DNA of 24,558 bases from the NCBI GenBank assembly GCA_048941265.1, contig JBHLNT010000055.1, positions 1 through 24,558 on the forward strand. Direction: 5' to 3'. Shown in pieces: positions 18,339-24,558 of this stretch; the first letter of the stretch is position 1, and every line of letters begins with the position of its first letter. The notes beneath the pieces are model-generated. The model worked only from the letters and a program-made list of their open reading frames with translations, was not told the DNA's origin and ran no database searches. Position numbers and translations under genes: made by a program. The DNA is from Promethearchaeota archaeon (GTDB lineage: Archaea > Asgardarchaeota > Lokiarchaeia > Sigyniarchaeales > SOKP01).

Positions 18339-18539
18339 TTATTGTAGTCGAGGAAATTTAAGTAGATCATCTATTAAATTTACATGACTGACGATCATTC
18401 TCTTGCAGCAAAATCTTTCGATTCCTAATTTCTTAAATGCATCTTCGGAACTCTCACCCTTTTCAATTGCTTCTAAATAAGGTTTATATACGTGTGCAAT
18501 TAATTTTCCACACGAAAAACATCTAACAGGAATTATAAC
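18339..18539 (-). CDS. rpo10: DNA-directed RNA polymerase subunit N (Rpo10/RPB10), absent from the ORF track
   Basis: Manual translation: (V/M)IIPVRCFSCGKLIAHVYKPYLEAIEKGESSEDAFKKLGIERFCCKRMIVSHVNLIDDLLKFPRLQ*. It has the CxxC and RxCCxRM signature. Confidence 0.95.
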   Translation of the reverse strand, partial: VIIPVRCFSCGKLIAHVYKPYLEAIEKGESSEDAFKKLGIERFCCKRMIVSHVNLIDDLLKFPRLQ

Positions 18540-18788
18540 GGTAGATCTCCTCCATATTGTAAAAATTTTTTTTGATATTTATAATTTAGTTATCTTTTTA
18601 CGAGATAAATCGTGTATAATAAAAAAATTATAGAATTTAAATAATAGAAACATGCAAACTAAAAAAATTTTTAGGTTTTAGAGTCTAAAAAGCAAAAATT
18701 TTATTTGAAACCATTTATTGATTTTCTCATTAAAATCGATGATTAATGATAATATATTTGAAAAAAATATATGGAATGAGAAAATAAA

Positions 18789-19160
18789 ATGAGTTATGTA
18801 AAATATACTGTACCAGATAAGCTAAAAGAACAAATAAAAAAAGTACTCACTACAATAGCAGAAACGAAGGATAGTAAAATCCGCAAAGGTATGAATGAAG
18901 TAACAAAATCAATTGAGAGAGCTCAAGCGAAACTCGTTATAATGGCTGAAGATGTCTCTCCACCCGAGATTTTATATCATGTACCTTTACTTTGTGAAGA
19001 AAAAAAGGTTCCTTATACGTATCTTTCGACTAAAAAAAATTTGGGAAAGGCCGCAAATATCAATGTAGGGTCATCTTCTATAGCAGTTGAATTTGTTGGT
19101 TCAGGAAACGAAAAGATATTAGATGACATTTTAAAACAGATAGCAGCGTTAAATAAATAA
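18789..19160 (+). CDS. rpl7ae: Ribosomal protein eL8 (L7Ae)
   Basis: [42 protein letters not shown]. Confidence 0.96.
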   Translation: MSYVKYTVPDKLKEQIKKVLTTIAETKDSKIRKGMNEVTKSIERAQAKLVIMAEDVSPPEILYHVPLLCEEKKVPYTYLSTKKNLGKAANINVGSSSIAVEFVGSGNEKILDDILKQIAALNK

Positions 19161-19164
19161 TACG

Positions 19165-19413
19165 GTGGTTATATTGGTAAAAATTGAAAAGGGTAAAGGC
19201 GTTGATATTGAGGATATGTCCATTCCGGCAGAAGTAATTGATATAATTGGCCGCACAGGACTTACTGGTGAGATTAGTCAAGTAAAAGTCCGGGTTCTTG
19301 AGGGAAGCGATAAAAATCGAATTCTCACAAGAAATCTCAAAGGACCTGTAAGGCTTGGAGATATTATAATATTAAGAGAAGTTGAGAGAGAAGCAAGGAA
19401 AATTAGAAGGTAA
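19165..19413 (+). CDS. rps28e: Ribosomal protein eS28 (start uncertain: 19165, 19174 or 19216)
   Basis: [39 protein letters not shown]. Confidence 0.95.
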   Translation: MVILVKIEKGKGVDIEDMSIPAEVIDIIGRTGLTGEISQVKVRVLEGSDKNRILTRNLKGPVRLGDIIILREVEREARKIRR

Positions 19414-19434
19414 ATTTTAAAATAAAAATTAAGA

Positions 19435-19638
19435 TTATTTTTCTTCTTCAAAATAACCTAGTAATTCCAAATTAATACTATATTCCTTATGGAGAAACTC
19501 TCGAAGTGCTGTCCTAATAGCTTCGGATCGAGATGGGATTAATTTCCTTTCAATTAACCATTGAATCTTCCTGTCATAAATGTCTGGGATATTGATTGTA
19601 ATGTTTTTCATCGTTATTTTTTTTTTATTATCATTCAT
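19435..19638 (-). CDS. Ribbon-helix-helix (CopG/MetJ/Arc) DNA-binding protein
   Basis: MKNITINIP...SRSEAIRTALREFL. GGAGTG SD-like sequence upstream of ATG 19638. Confidence 0.85.
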   Translation of the reverse strand: MNDNKKKITMKNITINIPDIYDRKIQWLIERKLIPSRSEAIRTALREFLHKEYSINLELLGYFEEEK

Positions 19639-19667
19639 TTTAAGCACTCCATTTAAACTAAAGATCA

Positions 19668-19723
19668 AAAGGGAACTCGTTAAGTATGTCTAAAGTGCAC
19701 TAGAGCTACAGAGATTGCCCTTT
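19668..19723 (-). other. Imperfect long hairpin in the leader of the RHH gene
   Basis: AAAGGG..CCCTTT, CTC..GAG and TCTA..TAGA nested around GTGCAC. More GC-rich than its flanks. Confidence 0.45.
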
Positions 19724-19951
19724 AATATATTCTTTTATTTTCAGATTTATTAATAATAATAAGTAGAACTTATTATTAAATCTAATCTAAATATACATTA
19801 TTTTATTTATATTTGAATGTAAATGAACGAAATATTTCCCCATTTATAATTTTATTAAACAAATTTTATGGTGAATTCTATTCATTTTCGATTTAAGACA
19901 TTTTTATCTTAAAATCAAAATTCTTTTTAATAACTAGAATTTGCAGAGGGA

Positions 19952-20626
19952 TCATAGCCGTTCTTCTTTTTTAACATATCTTCCTCGAGTTTCGATAACA
20001 TAAATGTTTTTTATAATAGCTTTACATTCATTTGAACCAACATCACCATATTCATGCTTATAACCCTCAAGAAATGCATTAAAACATAAATCAAAATCTT
20101 TACCATGAGATGAGATTAGAACTCTCTTTAATAAATGTAGATCAACACTCTTATCTTCAACTGAATCAGAAAATTCATGAAGCCCAAAATCGATAAGAAA
20201 GATTTCTTCACGATTAGTTAAAATTATATTGCTTGTGGTAATATCTCCATGGATATGCCCATTTTTATGTAAAATAGCAATAAATCGTCCAATTGTTCTT
20301 AGATATTTTCTTTTTTTTTCGTCATCCAATTCATCAAGAAGGTTTTTTAACTTTTTTCCATTGATATATTTCATTATTATTGTTGAGCTTGGAGTGTCTA
20401 TTTCAAATACTTGAGGAACATTCACTCCATATTCTTTAACTCTGATTAATGCTCTAGCTTCGTTTAATGTTCGTGTCTTTCGGATAATTGAATCTAGATC
20501 TTCAATGCGATATTTTTTAGGAATACGATATTTAAAAATTACTTCTTTTCCAAACCAATGTCCGTAATATAGGTTTGCTTCAGCACCTTTTCGAATAATT
20601 TTTTCTTTCACAATGTCCTGGTTCAT
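19952..20626 (-). CDS. bud32: KEOPS complex kinase Bud32
   Basis: KGAEA, KYRIPKKYR, RTLNEAR, IHGDITTSN, IDFGL, VDLHLL, RGRY. Adjacent to kae1. ATG 20626 preferred as start. Confidence 0.95.
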   Translation of the reverse strand: MNQDIVKEKIIRKGAEANLYYGHWFGKEVIFKYRIPKKYRIEDLDSIIRKTRTLNEARALIRVKEYGVNVPQVFEIDTPSSTIIMKYINGKKLKNLLDELDDEKKRKYLRTIGRFIAILHKNGHIHGDITTSNIILTNREEIFLIDFGLHEFSDSVEDKSVDLHLLKRVLISSHGKDFDLCFNAFLEGYKHEYGDVGSNECKAIIKNIYVIETRGRYVKKEERL

Positions 20627-20634
20627 TTTATTGC

Positions 20635-21648
20635 CTAAGACCTCCATGGAATCGTAATATTATCCATCCTTTCTTTAGGTTTAATGATTGTTTCAGAGAT
20701 TTCATGGCTACCTTCCATCTTATATCTTAAGATTCCCGTCCAGCCTATCATTGCCCCATTATCTCCCGCAAATTTCAATGGAACAGCGGTAAATTTGGCA
20801 TTATGTTCTTGACTGATATATTCGATCATTTCTTGTAATCTTTTATTAGCAGCAACTCCACCCGTTAATAATACTTCTTCTTTTTCGGTATGGGCTAATG
20901 CACGTTCTGTTACTTCAGTTAACATTGCAAAACAAGTTTCTTGCACCGAATTAGAAACATCATTTAAATTATATTTTACTCCAAAATCTTTCGATTCTAT
21001 TAATCTTTTTGCTGCAGTGTAAAGTCCCGAAAATGATAAATCCATACCTTTTACTACATATGGTAAAGAAAGATATTTCTTAGAACTTAAGGCTAATTTC
21101 TCTATTTTGGGACCACCTGGATGGGATAACCCAGCATCCCGGGCGAATGAATCGATCATATTTCCAATAGGGAGATCGAGAGTTTCTCCAAAAATTTGAT
21201 ATCTCTTCGATTCAAAAGCACTAACGATTGTATTCCCCCCAGATACGTATAAAGTAAGGGGATCTTCAACATTACACATTAGACGTCCTATTTCAATATG
21301 AGCAATACAATGATTTACACCAATAATCGGAATACTCAAGATTTGACTGATCATCCGCGCAACTAATGCCCCTATTTTTAACACTGGTCCTAAACCGGGG
21401 CTTTGGCTAAACGCAACTAGATCTATGTCTTTCATTGAAATATTTGCTTCTGATAATGCTTTTTCAATTACTCTATGAAAATAATTTACGTGTTGCTCTT
21501 TTACTTGAACAGGATGGAGGCCTCCTTTTTCAGGAACGTATATATCATTAACAACACTGTAAACATTCCCATCAAAATCTATAATCCCCACTCCAAAAGT
21601 ATGAGCTGTACTTTCTATTCCAAGACAGATTTTTTTATTGAATTTCAT
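20635..21648 (-). CDS. kae1: KEOPS t6A synthase Kae1
   Basis: LGIESTAHT, SPGLGP, VNHCIAHIE, LYVSGGNT, GETLD, KGMDLSFSG, GGVAAN, DNGAMI. Confidence 0.97.
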   Translation of the reverse strand: MKFNKKICLGIESTAHTFGVGIIDFDGNVYSVVNDIYVPEKGGLHPVQVKEQHVNYFHRVIEKALSEANISMKDIDLVAFSQSPGLGPVLKIGALVARMISQILSIPIIGVNHCIAHIEIGRLMCNVEDPLTLYVSGGNTIVSAFESKRYQIFGETLDLPIGNMIDSFARDAGLSHPGGPKIEKLALSSKKYLSLPYVVKGMDLSFSGLYTAAKRLIESKDFGVKYNLNDVSNSVQETCFAMLTEVTERALAHTEKEEVLLTGGVAANKRLQEMIEYISQEHNAKFTAVPLKFAGDNGAMIGWTGILRYKMEGSHEISETIIKPKERMDNITIPWRS

Positions 21649-21761
21649 ATATTTTTTCAGACTAGATTAGTAACCAGGATTTTTAAATTAAAAAGAAGGA
21701 GAATATGTTTATTTATAGAATAATAAAAGAAATCTAGACGTAAATTCGTTATTATAGAAGT

Positions 21762-21992
21762 TTACTTGGATTTAGTACGCTTTCGGGGCGTTCTTTTTTT
21801 AGCACCCTTAGGTCCAGATACTGCAGCACCTTTTTTTCCTTTTCTTTTGAATACCGTGTAACCGCATTTTCCGCAAGACCATCTATCATAATGGTCAGCA
21901 AGAAAATATCCAGCACTGCATTTCGGACATGTCCGATGTGTTCTTACTAATTTATCTCCCTCAATAGTATAATATTTTGATACATCAGTCAT
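21762..21992 (-). CDS. rps27ae: Ribosomal protein eS31 (S27ae), not ubiquitin-fused, with a basic C-terminal tail
   Basis: CPKC...[17 protein letters not shown] zinc ribbon. Confidence 0.94.
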   Translation of the reverse strand: MTDVSKYYTIEGDKLVRTHRTCPKCSAGYFLADHYDRWSCGKCGYTVFKRKGKKGAAVSGPKGAKKRTPRKRTKSK

Positions 21993-22017
21993 AGTAAATC
22001 AAACATAATTTTGTTTT

Positions 22018-22371
22018 TTATTCATTAAAAAGATGTTTATAGGCTTCTTTCTTCCTTTTTAGATTAAAAATTTCAGTTCTTTTCTCTTTGGGTAAATTTC
22101 TTACCCTTATATGGAAGGGCTCGAAAAATTCAAGATCATTTTTATTATCATAAATATAGACTTTGCAAATATCTTCAGTAGCGCCAAAATGGGTCATAAT
22201 TTTTTTAATGATTGTGAGATTTTCATCTGATGTTTTCATCGCGACAATTTTTTTTTTAATATCTAATCGATTAGGTGTTCCACTTCCAAAGTGGTTTATT
22301 TTGACTTGTAATTCAGTCCGATCTATCAAAGGGTTCTTCTTTTCCTGTAAAATTTCAATTTCAAAAGACAT
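22018..22371 (-). CDS. rps24e: Ribosomal protein eS24
   Basis: EKKNPLIDRTE, GTPNR, THFG, KVYIY, EP. Conserved position between DPCK and rps27ae. Confidence 0.92.
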   Translation of the reverse strand: MSFEIEILQEKKNPLIDRTELQVKINHFGSGTPNRLDIKKKIVAMKTSDENLTIIKKIMTHFGATEDICKVYIYDNKNDLEFFEPFHIRVRNLPKEKRTEIFNLKRKKEAYKHLFNE

Positions 22372-22457
22372 CGTAAACCTATAAAATTTTAATTGCTATT
22401 ATCTAATGTAAAGGAAGATTCAAAATAAAATTTTGCATTTTTAATCCAAACTATCGT

Positions 22458-23045
22458 CTAGGATTTTTTCATTAACTCAATGTATTTTCTAACTCCTTTT
22501 TGTATAGCCTTATTAACACTTACCATGACTATACCTTCTGGAATTGTATGTTTTGAATCTGTAATTGGAGGTTGCCCATAAAATACATAACTTTTTACGT
22601 TTTTTCTTAGAGGGATTTCTAATATAAGAGGAAGTACTAACAAATCTTCTTCTCCTTCTGTGATTTTAAGTACTGTTCTTTTGTTTGTTAGCACTATATT
22701 TCTTAATAGGCTCCAACTCTCTTTAGGAATGGCCCCAGCTGGACTTTGAAACTCACTCACTTCTTCAAAAAAATCTTCAAATTCAAGATTTATATAATTT
22801 CTTTGTGTTTTCTCATCAATAATACAAAGTTTAATAAAAAACTTTAAGAATTGGTTTGCTAAGAAATCATGGGTAACAATATCTCCTACTAAATAGAAAT
22901 TAATTTCAACTTTTTTTTTATCGAGTATTTTAAAATATTTCTCAATTTTTAATATTGTGTCTTCTCTATTCCCAGCAATCAACTTGCCTAATGGCTGAGA
23001 GAATTCATGTCTTTTATTCTCCGGAAGAATTAAATTATGATCCAT
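22458..23045 (-). CDS. GTP-dependent dephospho-CoA kinase (DUF359)
   Basis: PLGKL, VGDIVT, IIDEKTQR, GEEDLLVLP, YGQP, GIVMV. Conserved position after spt4. Confidence 0.9.
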   Translation of the reverse strand: MDHNLILPENKRHEFSQPLGKLIAGNREDTILKIEKYFKILDKKKVEINFYLVGDIVTHDFLANQFLKFFIKLCIIDEKTQRNYINLEFEDFFEEVSEFQSPAGAIPKESWSLLRNIVLTNKRTVLKITEGEEDLLVLPLILEIPLRKNVKSYVFYGQPPITDSKHTIPEGIVMVSVNKAIQKGVRKYIELMKKS

Positions 23046-23097
23046 TATTATCAAAAAGAAATGTTTTTATTATCGCAGTATGTAAATTAATAATATT

Positions 23098-23298
23098 TTA
23101 ACGAACTCTTAGGGCGTATTTTCCAGGGACTCCGACCTTTAAGTATTCTGCGATTTTTGACATCTGAGGTTTGAAAATAATAACTTCACCATGATAATCA
23201 TCACTTAAAGTGTGAGTTTTACATTTTGGGCACAAATTCTCATTTTTTGTTATAAGATGACATGTTTTGCATGCTTTTTCTTTTGTCAAATCAATCAC
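23098..23298 (-). CDS. spt4: Transcription elongation factor Spt4 (RpoE'')
   Basis: ACKTCH...CPKC...SKIA...PGKYALRVR. The likely start is TTG 23289, after a GGTGA SD. Confidence 0.94.
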   Translation of the reverse strand: MIDLTKEKACKTCHLITKNENLCPKCKTHTLSDDYHGEVIIFKPQMSKIAEYLKVGVPGKYALRVR

Positions 23299-23318
23299 CT
23301 ATAAATTTTAATTTTATT

Positions 23319-23912
23319 TTATTTCTTTCCTTCCTTTTTTGTTGTAGCATCATCTTCCTTAGCTGATAACTCATCTTCTATATCTTGTTCGATCCACTCA
23401 TATTTTCCCAAAAATTTCTGTCTCATTGTTAACCCAAGTTTACCGCTACGCCCAGTTCCCAGTGAAACAGCTATTACTCTTGCTCTTACAAGATCATTTA
23501 CTTCAAGAATTTTTCCAGTCTCTTTTCCAATAAATCTATTGCCTACAGCCTCATACGCTATGTAATCATCGCAAATTTGGGAAACATGGACTAAACCATC
23601 CAGTGGCCCAAGACGGATAAATGCGCCGAAATCAACTATTTCTACAATGTCTCCCTCTATTACTTCAGAAATTGATGGCTTGAAAGTAAGAATTGTGAAT
23701 TCACATTCATGGAAGGTATTAGAGTCGCCTGGAATTATCATTCCCGGTCCAACGTTAAGGACATCAACTATAGCTATGATAAAGCCGTAATCTTTGGTAA
23801 TAATGCCTTCATAATCTTCAGCTAAAATTATTCTTGCTGATGTCTCTTTAGGTTGGTCAAATAAGAATGGTGGTATGGAAATCCGTCCTTCTATAGTAAT
23901 CAGCTTAAACAT
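23319..23912 (-). CDS. rpo7: DNA-directed RNA polymerase subunit E' (Rpo7)
   Basis: IPP..F, EVIEGDIVEIVDFGAFIRLGPLDGLVHVSQI, VRARVIAVS, LTMRQKFLGK. Confidence 0.96.
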   Translation of the reverse strand: MFKLITIEGRISIPPFLFDQPKETSARIILAEDYEGIITKDYGFIIAIVDVLNVGPGMIIPGDSNTFHECEFTILTFKPSISEVIEGDIVEIVDFGAFIRLGPLDGLVHVSQICDDYIAYEAVGNRFIGKETGKILEVNDLVRARVIAVSLGTGRSGKLGLTMRQKFLGKYEWIEQDIEDELSAKEDDATTKKEGKK

Positions 23913-24062
23913 TTTTTATCAGTTCCTTGATCTGAGTGTGATTCTCAGATTTTATTTAATTTAATCTAATAGAGTTTAAAATTTAGATAGAGTTGAAAAT
24001 GTATTATAAAATTAATATTTTGTGGTTTTTGTTAATTACTTTACTCAAAGAGCGAGAAAATC

Positions 24063-24431
24063 TTAAATTAATTTGGCTATTTTTTCACACGTCCTTTTAC
24101 AATCTAGGAAGATCAAACCGAGTCGTACATCTTTTGTGGTTGATACAGTCAAAACAGCATTTTGACCAGCTGATAGAACGAGTAAATAACCACTTGAGCC
24201 TTTAACATATACTTGTTCGAATTCTCCTTTATTCATTTCGAGTGCAGCCCTTTCTGCTAAACTCAAAAGCGCAGCAGTCATTGCAGCTATTCGCGTTTCA
24301 TCAACACCTTGGGGTAAAGCAGAAGCAATAGGCAAGCCTTCCACAGATACAATTGCGGCGGCTTTTACCTCTGGGATTGCAGCTAATAATTTTTTAAGAA
24401 TAGTATCTAAAGACTCAGGAGTTGACTCCAT
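24063..24431 (-). CDS. Roadblock/LC7 (MglB/LAMTOR-like) domain protein
   Basis: AAAIVSVEGLPIASALP, RIAAMTAALLSLAER, QVYVKGSSGY, LGLIFLD. Confidence 0.92.
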   Translation of the reverse strand: MESTPESLDTILKKLLAAIPEVKAAAIVSVEGLPIASALPQGVDETRIAAMTAALLSLAERAALEMNKGEFEQVYVKGSSGYLLVLSAGQNAVLTVSTTKDVRLGLIFLDCKRTCEKIAKLI

Positions 24432-24558
24432 AGTACGGTCTTACTCACAAATTAATTTGGGATAGTAAATATATTTTTTTATTGTTTATAATTCTTTTAA
24501 TTTTTTACCTTTTATTTAATTAATTCTAAAATTAATCATATTTAATTTTTTAGCTTTT

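Noticed and set aside
21762-22017. Ubiquitin-eS31 fusion
   Set aside because: Only 25 bp separate eS31 from eS24, leaving no room for a ubiquitin domain.
1-24558. CRISPR arrays, tRNA/rRNA genes, IS elements, defence systems
   Set aside because: No regularly spaced repeats, cloverleaf-like GC-rich segments, or transposase/integrase/nuclease motifs were seen by eye. A tRNAscan/Infernal run would be needed to exclude small RNAs.

Overview
AT-rich archaeal DNA, most likely from an Asgard archaeon of Lokiarchaeia type. This is inferred from archaeal translation and transcription genes together with a gelsolin-like protein and a Roadblock/LC7 protein. The left part (1-12 kb) is accessory. It carries amino-acid and peptide catabolism genes (Glu/Leu/Phe/Val dehydrogenase, a D-Cys desulfhydrase-like PLP enzyme, M24 and S28 peptidases), a nitroreductase, a stop-interrupted wHTH-CDF-wHTH membrane protein and an MFS transporter. 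It also carries a two-gene module of paralogous single-pass surface proteins: one ends in a cytoplasmic tandem wHTH, and the other has a GPS/ZU5-like HFS putative autoproteolysis motif. The middle holds a TrmB-like regulator split by about 520 aa of helical rod, a Fae-Hps fusion and the gelsolin-domain protein. The right part is core housekeeping: eS6, eL24, Rpo10 (missed by the ORF track, no canonical start codon), L7Ae, eS28, an RHH regulator, and Roadblock-rpo7-spt4-DPCK-eS24-eS31-kae1-bud32. No rRNA, tRNA, CRISPR array or mobile element was recognised. All calls come from reading motifs by eye; no searches were run.
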